Shown one piece after another: positions 100,281-109,997 of a stretch of DNA of 124,000 nucleotides. Source of the DNA: Hyalangium minutum. Its GTDB lineage: Bacteria; Myxococcota; Myxococcia; Myxococcales; Myxococcaceae. The stretch is from contig NZ_JMCB01000005.1 in the NCBI RefSeq assembly GCF_000737315.1, positions 144,001-268,000 of the forward strand. The letters are read 5' to 3'. Position numbers and translations under genes: made by a program. Within the stretch, counting starts at the first letter, position 1. Every line of letters starts with the position of its first letter. The notes below the pieces were generated by a model. That model saw only the letters and a list, made by a program, of their open reading frames with translations. It was not told the origin of the DNA and did no database searches.

Positions 100281-103200
100281 TCAGGGCGAGGGCTCCGCGC
100301 GGCGAGCCGGCGGCGCGGTGTGAGCCAGCGCCTCCGGGGTGACATGGGAGACGGTGGCCACGCCCTTGGCCATGGTGTGCGGGGGCTCCGCGTAGGCCAG
100401 GAGCACGTCGGCCTGGCCCGTCTCCTCGGGGGTGCGTGGGGAGAACACGGAGTTGAAGAACCGCTTCGCGCGCTCCGCGAGGCTGTCCAGCAGCGAGTAG
100501 GCCACCGGCGTCACTAGCAGCGTGAGCACCAGGGAGAGCGTCTGTCCGCCCACCACCACGCCCGCGGTGGCGCGGTTGAAGCCGGCGCCGATGCCCGTGG
100601 AGGTAACGAGCGGCAGCATGCCCGCCACGAACGAGAGCGTCGTCATGAGGATGGGGCGCAACCGGTCGCGGCTGCCCACGACGATGGCCTCGGTCTTCTC
100701 CAGGCCCGCGGCGCGCAGCTGGTTGGCGTGGTCGATCTGAAGGATGGAGTTCTTCTTCACCACGCCGAAGAGCACCATCAGGCCGAGCATCGAGTAGATG
100801 TCCAGGGACTGGCGGAACACGAGCAGCGAGATGAGGGCGAACGGGACGGTGAGCGGCAGCGAGAGGAGGATGGTGAGGGGGTGGAGCCAGCTCTCGAACT
100901 GCGCCGCCAGGATGAGGTACATGAAGACGAAGGCCAGGCCGAAGGCGATGGCGAAGTTCGTCATCGTGCGGCCAATCTCGCGCGACTGGCCCAGGGGCTT
101001 GGCCGAGTAGCCCGGCGGCAGCTTCAGGTCCTTCACGGCCTGCTCCAGCTGGGTCAGCACCGTGCCCGAGCCAGTGCCCGGCGCCGTGTTGGCGGTGAGC
101101 AGCACCTGGCGCTGGCGGTTGAGGCGGTTGATGGTGGCGGCGCCCTCCTCGTGCTCCACGTGGAGCACGTCCATCAGCGGCACGCTGCCCGCCCGGGCCG
101201 AGGGCACGGTGAGCTGCGAGAGCGCCTCCACGCTGTCACGGGCGGTGGGCTCGGCGCGCAGGCGCACGTCGTAGATGTTGCCGTTCTCCACATAGGAGGA
101301 GACCTCCACGCCGCCCACGAAGAGCTGAAGCGTGGCGGCCACGTCCGACACCTGCACGCCCAGGTCCGCGGCGCGCGAGCGGTTGATGAAGGCGCTCACC
101401 TCGGGCTTGCCGAGGATGAGGTTGGTGTCCGCGTCCACCGCGCCGGGGATGGCCTTGAGCTTCTCCTTGAGGGTGTTGGCGTACCGGGTCAGCTCCTTGA
101501 AGTCCGGACCGGTGACCACCATCATCACCGCGGCCTGGGTGCCGCCGCCGCTGAAGGCGGAGACCTCGGACACGTTCACGCGCCACTCCGGCGGCAGCTT
101601 GGAGGTGAAGTCGCGGCGCACGCGCGCCATCACCTGGTCCTGGCTCTCCTTGCGCGTGCTCGGGTGCGTCATCTGCACGAAAATCTTCGCCAAGTTGGGG
101701 GCGCGCTCGTTGTTGTCGCCAATGGTGACGAGCGTGGAGCGCACCTCGGGCAGCTCGCGCAGCTGGCGGCCCAGGCGCTCGGAGACGAGCTGAGTGGAGG
101801 CCAGGCTGGTGCCCTCGGGCATGCGCATGTTCACCTCGAACTGGGCCTCGTCGCTCTTGGGGAGGAAGCCCTTGGGCACCGCCTGCATCAGCGGCACGCA
101901 CGAGCCCAGGGTGGCGAACGCCATCACCACCGCCACCCACCGGTGCCGCAGCATCCACCGCAGCGACCGGTCATAGGCGCGCTCGATGGGCAGGTAGAAG
102001 GTGTCGGTGACGCGCTCCAGGAAGGGCTTCTGGTGGGCCCCGCCCTTGGGCGCGCTCAGCCACCGCGCCGACAGCATGGGCGTCAGCGAGAAGGACACCA
102101 GCAGGGACACGGCGATGGAGAACGCCATGGTCCACCCGAAGCTGCTGAGGAAGCGGCCGGGGATGCCGCCCATGAAGGCCATGGGCAGGAACACGGCGAT
102201 GAGCGACAGCGTGGTGGCGAGCACCGCCAGGCCAATCTCCTTCGTCGCGAGGATGGCGGCGGGGAAGGGCTTCTCTCCCTTCTCGTGGATGTGGCGGAAG
102301 ATGTTCTCCAGCACGACGATGGCGTCGTCGATGACGATGCCCACCGCCAGCGCCAGGGCCAGCAGGGTGATGGTGTTGAGGGTGAAGCCCTGGGCCTTCA
102401 TCAGCGCGAAGGTGGAGACGATGGAGGTGGGGATGGCGAGCGCGGCGATGAGGGTGGAGCGCCAGCTTCCCAAGAAGAGCAGCACCACCAGCGAGGCGAA
102501 CAGGCCGCCCAGCACGAGGTGCTCGCGCACGGCCTCCACGCTGGTGCGGGTGGTGGCCGAGTTGTCGCGCACCACCTCGAGCGTGTAGCCCGAGGGGAGG
102601 TTCGGGCGCAGCTGCGCCACGCGCTCGTTGATGGCGTCTACCACCGCCACGGTGTTCTCACCGGACTGCTTGCGGATGGAGAGCATGACGGACGGCTTGC
102701 CGTCCTGGCTCGCGGCGGTGACGGCCTCCTGCTCGCCGTCCTCCACGCGCGCCACGTCCGAGACGCGCAGGATGTGGCCATCGCGCTCGCGCAGCACCAG
102801 TTGGCCCAGCTCCTCCACCTTCTCCACACGGCCGCGCAGACGCAGCGACAAGCGCGTGGGGCCCGTCTCGATGGCACCGCCGGGCACCATGAGGTTCTGT
102901 CCGGAGATGGCGCGCTGCAGCTCCGCCGCGCTCACTCCGGCCGCCCGCATCTTCGCCGGGTCCAACCACACGTTCACCTGGCGCTTGCGGCCACCGATGA
103001 GGGTGACCTGGCCCACGCCGGGCACCGTCTCCAGGCTGGGGCGCACCTTGCGATCCGCCAGCTCGGTGATCTCCCGGATGGGCCGATCCGCGTTGAGCGA
103101 CAGGAAGAGCACCGGCGAGGCATCCGGATCCAGCTTCTGGACGATGGGCGTCTCCGCGTCGCGCGGCAGCTCGGGGATGATCTGGCTGACGCGGTCGCGC

Positions 103201-103526
103201 ACCTCCTGCACGGCGGTGTCCACGTCCTTCTCCAGGACGAAGCCGATCTGCACCACGCTCACGCCCTCGGAGGTGGTGGAGATGAGGTCGTCAATGCCGC
103301 TGACGGTGTTGACGGCCTCTTCGATTTTCTCGGTCACCTCCGTCTCCACCTCCGGCGGCGCGGCGCCGGGCAGGCGGGTGACGACGGTGACGAACGGCAA
103401 GTCCACCTTGGGGAAGCGGTCCACGCCGAGCTGCATGTAGCCAGCCACGCCGAGGACGCAGAAGAAGAGGATGAGCACCGTCGCGAGGACGGGCTTGCGG
103501 ACGCACAAGCTCGCGAGCCACTGCAT
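100281..103526 (-). CDS. RND efflux permease (AcrB family)
   Basis: GIVIDDAIVVLENI, VKKNSIL..D, RLRPILMTT. Confidence 0.95.
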   Translation of the reverse strand: MQWLASLCVRKPVLATVLILFFCVLGVAGYMQLGVDRFPKVDLPFVTVVTRLPGAAPPEVETEVTEKIEEAVNTVSGIDDLISTTSEGVSVVQIGFVLEKDVDTAVQEVRDRVSQIIPELPRDAETPIVQKLDPDASPVLFLSLNADRPIREITELADRKVRPSLETVPGVGQVTLIGGRKRQVNVWLDPAKMRAAGVSAAELQRAISGQNLMVPGGAIETGPTRLSLRLRGRVEKVEELGQLVLRERDGHILRVSDVARVEDGEQEAVTAASQDGKPSVMLSIRKQSGENTVAVVDAINERVAQLRPNLPSGYTLEVVRDNSATTRTSVEAVREHLVLGGLFASLVVLLFLGSWRSTLIAALAIPTSIVSTFALMKAQGFTLNTITLLALALAVGIVIDDAIVVLENIFRHIHEKGEKPFPAAILATKEIGLAVLATTLSLIAVFLPMAFMGGIPGRFLSSFGWTMAFSIAVSLLVSFSLTPMLSARWLSAPKGGAHQKPFLERVTDTFYLPIERAYDRSLRWMLRHRWVAVVMAFATLGSCVPLMQAVPKGFLPKSDEAQFEVNMRMPEGTSLASTQLVSERLGRQLRELPEVRSTLVTIGDNNERAPNLAKIFVQMTHPSTRKESQDQVMARVRRDFTSKLPPEWRVNVSEVSAFSGGGTQAAVMMVVTGPDFKELTRYANTLKEKLKAIPGAVDADTNLILGKPEVSAFINRSRAADLGVQVSDVAATLQLFVGGVEVSSYVENGNIYDVRLRAEPTARDSVEALSQLTVPSARAGSVPLMDVLHVEHEEGAATINRLNRQRQVLLTANTAPGTGSGTVLTQLEQAVKDLKLPPGYSAKPLGQSREIGRTMTNFAIAFGLAFVFMYLILAAQFESWLHPLTILLSLPLTVPFALISLLVFRQSLDIYSMLGLMVLFGVVKKNSILQIDHANQLRAAGLEKTEAIVVGSRDRLRPILMTTLSFVAGMLPLVTSTGIGAGFNRATAGVVVGGQTLSLVLTLLVTPVAYSLLDSLAERAKRFFNSVFSPRTPEETGQADVLLAYAEPPHTMAKGVATVSHVTPEALAHTAPPARRAEPSP

Positions 103527-103547
103527 GACTGGACCTGAGCCTTTCGA

Positions 103548-104663
103548 CTACTGCAGCTTCACGCCGTCGCGGAGCTCCGCGCTGGCAGTGGCCACCACGC
103601 GCTCACCCGGGCGCACTCCGGACAGCACTCCCACCGTCGTCCCCACCGCCTCGCCGAGCTGCACCAGCCGCTCCTCGAGCTTGCCCTCGCTCGCCACGAA
103701 GACGCGCGACTCGCTGCCCTCGACGCGCACCGCCGTGCGAGGCACCACCGGCAGCGCCACGTCTCCCAGCCGCAGCTTCACGGTGGCGAACTGGCCCGGA
103801 ATCAGCTTGTGGCCGGGGTTGGGCACCAGCGCCTCGACGACCAAGTCACGCGTGCCGCGGCGCAGCGCCGGGCCCACGTAGGTGACGGTGGAGCGGTGCA
103901 CGGTGCCCGGGTCAGCGGTGAGGGTGAACTCTACCTCCTGGTTCTTCTGTACGCCGGTGGCCTGCGCCTCCGGCACGGTGATCTCCAAGCGGAGCGGGTC
104001 GGTGGCCAGCAGGGTGACGACGCGCGAGTCCTGGCGGACGTACTCGCCCACGCCCACGGCGCGCTCGGCCACCAGCCCGTCGAAGGGTGCGCGGATGGTG
104101 GTGTCCGCGAGGTTGTTCTCGATGAGGCTCAGGCGGGCCTCGGCGGCGGCGGCCTGAGCAGCGGCGTTGCGGCACTGCGCCTGCATCCGCTGGTGGTCCG
104201 CGGCGGAGACGGAGCCGCCCTCGAAGAGCTTGTCGTTGCGGGCGCAGTCGGCCTCGGCGAGCTCCTTCTGCGTGCGGGCCAGCTCCACCTGGGCGCGGGC
104301 CTCGGCGGCGCTGGCGCTGGCGGCGCGCGCATCCAGCCGGACGAGCACATCGCCCTTCTTTACCAGCGCGCCGCGCTCCACGTGCACGGAGAGCACTTTG
104401 CCTGCGGCGCCCGCAGCCACGTCCGAGTCCTCGAACGCGGTGAGCGAGCCGGTCAGCGTGAGGAAGCGGGGCACGGCGGCCTCTCCCACCACCACCGTGG
104501 AGGCCTGGACCGTGGGCATCGGCGCGGGGGCCACCTTCGCGGGAGCTGCGGCCTCATGGGAACCACAGCCTGCGCCCAGCACCGCCATCAGCCCACTCAG
104601 CCCCAGGGCCCACAGGCCAGACCGAGAGAAGGCGCCGCCCCCTCGAAGAAACCGCTGCCGCAT
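103548..104663 (-). CDS. RND membrane fusion protein (AcrA family)
   Basis: Lipobox GAGC; lipoyl-like V.KGDVL; IRAPFDG. Confidence 0.9.
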   Translation of the reverse strand: MRQRFLRGGGAFSRSGLWALGLSGLMAVLGAGCGSHEAAAPAKVAPAPMPTVQASTVVVGEAAVPRFLTLTGSLTAFEDSDVAAGAAGKVLSVHVERGALVKKGDVLVRLDARAASASAAEARAQVELARTQKELAEADCARNDKLFEGGSVSAADHQRMQAQCRNAAAQAAAAEARLSLIENNLADTTIRAPFDGLVAERAVGVGEYVRQDSRVVTLLATDPLRLEITVPEAQATGVQKNQEVEFTLTADPGTVHRSTVTYVGPALRRGTRDLVVEALVPNPGHKLIPGQFATVKLRLGDVALPVVPRTAVRVEGSESRVFVASEGKLEERLVQLGEAVGTTVGVLSGVRPGERVVATASAELRDGVKLQ

Positions 104664-104745
104664 GACTGCTCTCCTGCGCCCTGTCCGGAAATGGCCAGGT
104701 TCCATGGTGCACTGCACAACGAATGGGGCGAGCTTGTAGCCCTCA

Positions 104746-104766
104746 ATAGTTGAGCATGTCAATTGT
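104746..104766. promoter_or_regulatory. Candidate MarR operator
   Basis: ATAGTTGA-GCATG-TCAATTGT imperfect palindrome in the divergent marR/pump spacer. Confidence 0.5.
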
Positions 104767-104797
104767 CGACCTGTAACGAGTGAATTACGATGGAGCC

Positions 104798-105355
104798 ATG
104801 AGCAGGACGCACGGGGACAGGACGGAGGCACGCGCACGTCGAGGCGCGGAGGCAGCGGAGCCCGCGCAGCTTCAGGAGGAGCTGGCGCGCGAGGCGTGGG
104901 CACCGCTTTTCGAGCTCATCCAGGATCGGATGCGGCACTTTCCACTGCTGGCGGCGGAGTTCGAGCTGTCGCCGGTGCAGGCGCACGTGTTGAGGACGCT
105001 GGGGTACGGCCCGCAGCCGATGAGCATGTTGGCCGACTACCTCTCGTGTGACGCGTCGAACGTGACGGGGCTGGTGGACCGGCTGGAGACGCGGGGCCTG
105101 GTGGAGCGGCGCAACGCGGAGCACGACCGGCGGGTGAAGATGCTGTGCCTGACGGCGGCGGGCGCGGAGGTGCGACGCCGGCTGATGGAGCGGCTGAGCG
105201 AGCCGCCGGTGGCCATCGCCGCGCTCAGCGCGGAGGACCTGCGCGTGCTGCGGGACGTGATGCTGCGCGCGGTGGACAAGCTGAAGGAGCAGTCCCAGGA
105301 GGGGCGCGGCGTATTTGGTCCGCCGCCTCTGCGCGGCGAGAAGACGGGCCCTTAG
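104798..105355 (+). CDS. MarR family regulator
   Basis: LSPVQAHVL, DASNVTGLVDRLETRGLVER...DRRVK. Confidence 0.92.
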   Translation: MSRTHGDRTEARARRGAEAAEPAQLQEELAREAWAPLFELIQDRMRHFPLLAAEFELSPVQAHVLRTLGYGPQPMSMLADYLSCDASNVTGLVDRLETRGLVERRNAEHDRRVKMLCLTAAGAEVRRRLMERLSEPPVAIAALSAEDLRVLRDVMLRAVDKLKEQSQEGRGVFGPPPLRGEKTGP

Positions 105356-105439
105356 CGGCGCACGGTCCAGCCGCTCGCTCTGACAGCGGTCCTCCTTGGG
105401 AGCTCACGCATCGCCGCTCCAATCCGAGCCCTGGGTCCT

Positions 105440-105590
105440 GCTGGAGCTGGAACAGAGGCGCCGCATCCAGCGGCGCAGGTTGTCACCACCGGGAGGCCAC
105501 CAAGCGAACCAGTCGAAGCGCTCTTCGTAGAAGAAGGGTTCCAGCAGATGTGCCAGGGCCCGGTACTTCGGCACTGTCAGGCGCGCAGCC
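105440..105590 (-). pseudogene. 3' remnant of a DUF3396/TsiV-like immunity gene
   Basis: Residual KYRALAHLLEPFFY...LRRWMRRL resembles DUF3396 C-termini as I recall them; no N-terminal part. Confidence 0.4.
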
Positions 105591-105594
105591 CCCC

Positions 105595-106353
105595 TCAGCG
105601 CGGAGTGACGCGCCCGCCGATCTCCGGGAAGCGCTCGTAGGCCCTCTTCAGGGCGTCCAGGTGGGCGGAGGTGCCGAGTTCCAGCGGTGCCTCCGTGAGC
105701 TGGACCACCCACCCGCCCGACGCCGTGCGCCGCGCCCGAGAGAGCAATTCGGCGTCGCGCGAGGGGTCTGGGAATCCGATGGCGCGTGCGGCAGCGGCCG
105801 ACCAATAGTTCAGCCACCCGAGGTGAGCGGGAATCTCAGGCGAGCGCAGGTGCTCGAAGAGTTGCAGGGCGGGCAGCCCCCGGCGTGGGGACGGCGGCCC
105901 CTCTGGCGTGGGCGCTGTCTGATACGCGATGTCGAGCGCAGCGTCATCTGGCGTCGCGCGCCCCCACAGAGCGCACGCCCCCTCCGCCACGCCCTCCAGC
106001 AAAGCCGCCGCCGACGCGCTCACGCGCTCGTCCAGTGGCAGTTCCGCATACACTTCGAACAAGGGCTGACCGCCTGGGCTGAAAAGTCCATCTCTTCCCC
106101 TCCCGTTCACCGTCACGGGGTAGCTCTCGTCCCCGTTGCACAGGATGGGGAATTTCCCGCCCCGCGTCTTGTCTGCGAGCCACGCATCGCGTTGCGGCAA
106201 TGCGATGGGGCGCCCGCTGTCGGAGAGCCTCCACTCCAGACGCAAACCGGGGAGCGCCTTTTCCATCCCATGGACAATATCGAGCGTCCGACGGTCGTTG
106301 CCCACCAGCGCAGGCGCGAAGACCCTGACGATGAGGGTTCGATGCTGGGTCAT
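105595..106353 (-). CDS. DUF5953-like immunity protein
   Basis: ILCNGDE, EIPAHLGWLNYWS, KRAYERFPEIGGR; 4-nt overlap with the toxin fragment. Confidence 0.75.
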   Translation of the reverse strand: MTQHRTLIVRVFAPALVGNDRRTLDIVHGMEKALPGLRLEWRLSDSGRPIALPQRDAWLADKTRGGKFPILCNGDESYPVTVNGRGRDGLFSPGGQPLFEVYAELPLDERVSASAAALLEGVAEGACALWGRATPDDAALDIAYQTAPTPEGPPSPRRGLPALQLFEHLRSPEIPAHLGWLNYWSAAAARAIGFPDPSRDAELLSRARRTASGGWVVQLTEAPLELGTSAHLDALKRAYERFPEIGGRVTPR

Positions 106354-106856
106354 CGTTGGCACCCCGTGACGACGATATGGAGGGTGTCATCCCGTTGCAG
106401 CAGCGCGTCTTTGTGCGCTTGGGTGCTCACCCCAATCATGTAGTCATATCCGCATGCCGCCGCAGCTCTTCGCTCCTCTACTATCTGCTCCATTTCCTTC
106501 TCAATCTCCTGCCTTCGAATGAAGGCAGGGTATGTGTCGAATTGATGGGTCTTGATCTCCCACAGCCTGCGCACGCCCACTTGCAGCGCATCGAAGCGCA
106601 CACCGCCCACGAGCACGTCCATTCCGGGATAACGGTTGGGCGGAAACGTGTCAGCGCATGCGTTATGCGGGACATCCCCTCCCGCGTGCGGCACTGGGAT
106701 GGGCGCGCACTCCGGGCGGCGCTCCAGCGTCACTGGGGCAGGCGGGGCCTTCTTGTTCTCTCTGGACCTCTTCGGTGTGGGGTTCGCCTCCGGTTCCTGC
106801 GAGGCCCGAGGAGCGTCTCCGGCCCAAAGGCCCGGCTCCCGAGTGGGCGGCAACAC
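106350..106856 (-). pseudogene. N-terminally truncated DUF6310-like toxin (PD-(D/E)xK nuclease C-terminus)
   Basis: CAPIPVPH.GG...HN.CAD; FDAL...LWEIKT; AACGY; no signal peptide or lipobox; only 46 nt from the tonB stop. Confidence 0.6.
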
Positions 106857-106902
106857 GCGCGTGTGCGGGCTTCGCGGCAGGGGCTCGGGGCGGACCTGCC
106901 CT

Positions 106903-107691
106903 TTAGTCCAGCAGGAAGGTGTAGGCGTACTTCATCTCGGTGGAGACGGCCTCGCCGCCCTTGATGGCGGGCTTGAAGCGGAAGCGCTTGATGGCGTCTC
107001 GCGCGGCCTCGTTCAGCCCGTAGCCCGGCCCGGAGATGATCTTGGCGGCCACCACCTTGCCCTCGGGATCAATGGTGATGGAGAGGGTAACGGTGCCCTC
107101 GATGCCGGCGCGCCGGGCCTCCTCCGGGTAGGGAATCTTCACCTCGGAGGCGACCTTGGGCTCGGAGTCCACCTGGTAGATGGGCGTGTACTTGGGCGCC
107201 GCGTACTCCTTCACCTCGCTGGGCGCCTTGGCGGTGCCGTCCACCTTGCCATAGGCGGTGTTGCCCACGGGCGCGGCGAAGCCTCCGGCGCTGGTGGTAG
107301 AGGACATGGAGATGCCGACCACGAGCGGCACCGGCTTGGTGGGCTGCGGGGGCGGATCATTTGGAGGAGGCGGGGCCTGCTCCGGCGGCGGCGGAGGCGG
107401 CTTCTCGGCCACGGCCACCTTCACAGGGGGCGGCTTGGGCGGAGGCTTGGCCTTGGGTGGCTCGGGAGGCTTGGGCTCCTCCTTGGGCGGAGGAGGCGGC
107501 GGTGGGGGCTTCTGCACCTCCACCATGACGAGTTCCACGGGCTTCTGGACCACGGCAGCCGGGCGCTCCTTCATGCGGCTGAGCGCGAACAGGCCCACGC
107601 CGTGCGCCGTCAGCGAGACGATCACGAACACCAGCGTCGCCACGGAGGAGCGTCGAGGAGGGAGAGGGCTGTCGAGTGCCGCCTGGCTCAT
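106903..107691 (-). CDS. tonB: Energy transducer TonB
   Basis: TM, Pro-rich linker, YPEEARRAGIEG...FKPA. Confidence 0.9.
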   Translation of the reverse strand: MSQAALDSPLPPRRSSVATLVFVIVSLTAHGVGLFALSRMKERPAAVVQKPVELVMVEVQKPPPPPPPPKEEPKPPEPPKAKPPPKPPPVKVAVAEKPPPPPPEQAPPPPNDPPPQPTKPVPLVVGISMSSTTSAGGFAAPVGNTAYGKVDGTAKAPSEVKEYAAPKYTPIYQVDSEPKVASEVKIPYPEEARRAGIEGTVTLSITIDPEGKVVAAKIISGPGYGLNEAARDAIKRFRFKPAIKGGEAVSTEMKYAYTFLLD

Positions 107692-107703
107692 CGGCGCCGG
107701 TCC

Positions 107704-108147
107704 TCAGGGAGCTGCGGGGACGGCGGCCGGAACGGGCGCGGCGTCCTTCTGGATGTTGAGGGCGAACTTCGCGATGCCCTGGCCCTTCACCACGTCGATG
107801 AGCCGCATCACCCGGCCATAGGGCAGGGCCTGATCCGCGCTGATGATGGCGCGGGTGTCCTTGTCCTTGGCCACGGCCTCGGTGACTTTGCGGGACAGCT
107901 CGTCCTCGGCGACCTCGGTGCCGTCGAAGTAGAGCTTGCCGTCCTTGTCGATGACGACGTTGACGAGCCCCTGCACCGTCTCACCGCCATTGGCGGCGCG
108001 GGGCAGGTCCACCTCGACCGTCTCGCGGACGATGAAGTTGGCCGTCACCATGAAGATGATGAGGAGCACCAGCACGATGTCCACCAACGGGGTGACGTTG
108101 ATGCCGGTGATCTCTTCGTCGTTGTCCTGCTGAGCGCCGCCGGCCAT
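107704..108147 (-). CDS. exbD: ExbD/TolR family protein
   Basis: INVTPLVDIVLVLLIIFMV, ISAD. Confidence 0.9.
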   Translation of the reverse strand: MAGGAQQDNDEEITGINVTPLVDIVLVLLIIFMVTANFIVRETVEVDLPRAANGGETVQGLVNVVIDKDGKLYFDGTEVAEDELSRKVTEAVAKDKDTRAIISADQALPYGRVMRLIDVVKGQGIAKFALNIQKDAAPVPAAVPAAP

Positions 108148-108150
108148 GAC

Positions 108151-108855
108151 TCAACGGCCCTCGCTGGGAGAGGAGTCCTTGCGGCCCTCGGCGCGCAGGC
108201 TGCCCACCAGGGCGAAGCCCAGGGCGTTGGTGCGGCTGGTGAGCGTCTTGAGCTGGCGGCTGAAGGCGTTGAAGGCGACCACGGCGGGGATGGCGACGGC
108301 CAGGCCCACGGCGGTGGCGACGAGCGCCTCGGAGATGCCGGCCATGACGGTCTGCTGGATGGCGGCGCCCTTCACGCTGGCGGAGCCCAAGTCATGGAAG
108401 GCCTTGATGATGCCGAGCACCGTGCCGAACAAGCCGATGAAGGGGGCGTTGTTGCCCAGGGTGCCGAGGAAGGAGAGGTAGCGCTCGTACTGGGGGCGCT
108501 CGCGGGAGATGGTGGAGGCGATGACTTGCTCGACGGTGTCGGCGCCCTGAGCGGTGGAGGCGAGGCCCTCGCGGATGACGGCGGCCTCCATGCCCTTCTT
108601 GCCCTGGATGGCGGTGCGAACGGCGTCGAACTCGCCGCGGGCCAGCTTGAGGGCGAGGGCCTCGGAGTCGGGCAGCCGGTGGGTGGCGAAGTAGACGGCG
108701 CGCTCCAGCATGAGGGCGATGGAGAGCACGGAGAGGACGACGAGGAGCCAGAGCACCCACTCGGCGCTGGTGAGGGTGACGCCGAGCAGCTTGCGGCTCA
108801 GCCAGCCGACCTCGGGAGTGGTGGCGGCCTGGGCGAGAAGGAGGAGGGACGTCAT
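108151..108855 (-). CDS. exbB: MotA/TolQ/ExbB proton channel
   Basis: APFIGLFGTVLGI, EALVATAVGL. Confidence 0.9.
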   Translation of the reverse strand: MTSLLLLAQAATTPEVGWLSRKLLGVTLTSAEWVLWLLVVLSVLSIALMLERAVYFATHRLPDSEALALKLARGEFDAVRTAIQGKKGMEAAVIREGLASTAQGADTVEQVIASTISRERPQYERYLSFLGTLGNNAPFIGLFGTVLGIIKAFHDLGSASVKGAAIQQTVMAGISEALVATAVGLAVAIPAVVAFNAFSRQLKTLTSRTNALGFALVGSLRAEGRKDSSPSEGR

Positions 108856-109124
108856 GGAAGCCTGGAAGAGAGAGGGCACCGGCAGAACACCGGCCTTGCG
108901 TGAAAATTCACCTGCCGGGTGGGACGAAGCGCCGCATCCATTCTTCTCCGGGGCCGAAAAGTCAAATGATTCGGCAGGTTGGCACGTGTTTCCCCAGGCG
109001 AGGAACCGGCCTCTGTCTTGGAGCGTGAGAATCAGCAGGCCTATGGCTCGGAGTGAAGGCTGAGGAGGAAGTAGGCGAACGTGCGCCTGCCGACGCGCCG
109101 TGAAACGAACCTGTGACGGGCGGA

Positions 109125-109901
109125 TCAGCTCACGCGCCGAGCGGTGACGAGGGGTTGGTAGAAGCCGCTCTCCTGCGGCATGTGCCAGCGCACCTCGCGG
109201 AACCCGGCGGCCGTGAGTGCGCGGCTCAGTTCCTCGCGTTTGAGTGCGCGGTAGCGGGTGCGAACGCTCGTGGTGCTCCAGCCTTCGCCTTGGGGTTGGA
109301 GGATGAACAGCTCCACTTCGTAGCTGCGGCCATCGGCGGCCCAGGTCCACACCTGGAACGTGATGCGCCGAGACTCGCCTTCTCCGAGGACTCGCATCTC
109401 CGTAGGTACCGACGCGCCGGGCTTGGACTCCACCGCGTCGTAGTCGCGGATGGTGGCGATGAGCAGGCCTCCCGGATTCAGCACGGTGTGAAGGTGGTGA
109501 GCTGCGGCGGCAAGCTCCGTGTCCTCGAGCAAATGGGGCAGGGCGTTGTCACAGCTCAGCACCACGTCGAAGCGCTGGTGGATCTGCTCGCTCAGCGTGC
109601 GCATGTCCGCCACGGCGAACCCCGTCAGCTTCAGGCCTGCGGCAGTGGCTTCTTGCTCGGCGCGTGCAATGGACACGGGGCTGATGTCCGAGGCGAAGAC
109701 ACGATGCCCCCGTGCCGCGAGCCCCAGTGCCTGAGTGCCGATCCCGCAGCTCGCGTCCATTACTTCCTTCTGGCCATCTCCGAGCGCCGCCCGAATCAGG
109801 CCGTCCAGGATCGCTCCCTGGCGCTCGCGCGAGGCGGCCCAGTCCATGAAGATGAGGTGGTATCGCTCGGCGAGCCCATCATAGAAGCCGGTCGGATCCA
109901 T
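109125..109901 (-). CDS. Class I SAM-dependent methyltransferase
   Basis: DASCGIGTQ, DNALPH. Confidence 0.85.
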   Translation of the reverse strand: MDPTGFYDGLAERYHLIFMDWAASRERQGAILDGLIRAALGDGQKEVMDASCGIGTQALGLAARGHRVFASDISPVSIARAEQEATAAGLKLTGFAVADMRTLSEQIHQRFDVVLSCDNALPHLLEDTELAAAAHHLHTVLNPGGLLIATIRDYDAVESKPGASVPTEMRVLGEGESRRITFQVWTWAADGRSYEVELFILQPQGEGWSTTSVRTRYRALKREELSRALTAAGFREVRWHMPQESGFYQPLVTARRVS

Positions 109902-109997
109902 CCCGGGAGTATGGACAATGTAGGGGGCCGGGTGGGAGAGGGTGCTCCAGATGGCTTGTGGAAGCCCCTCCGGGTGACCGACACTCTGGTCCCAGCC

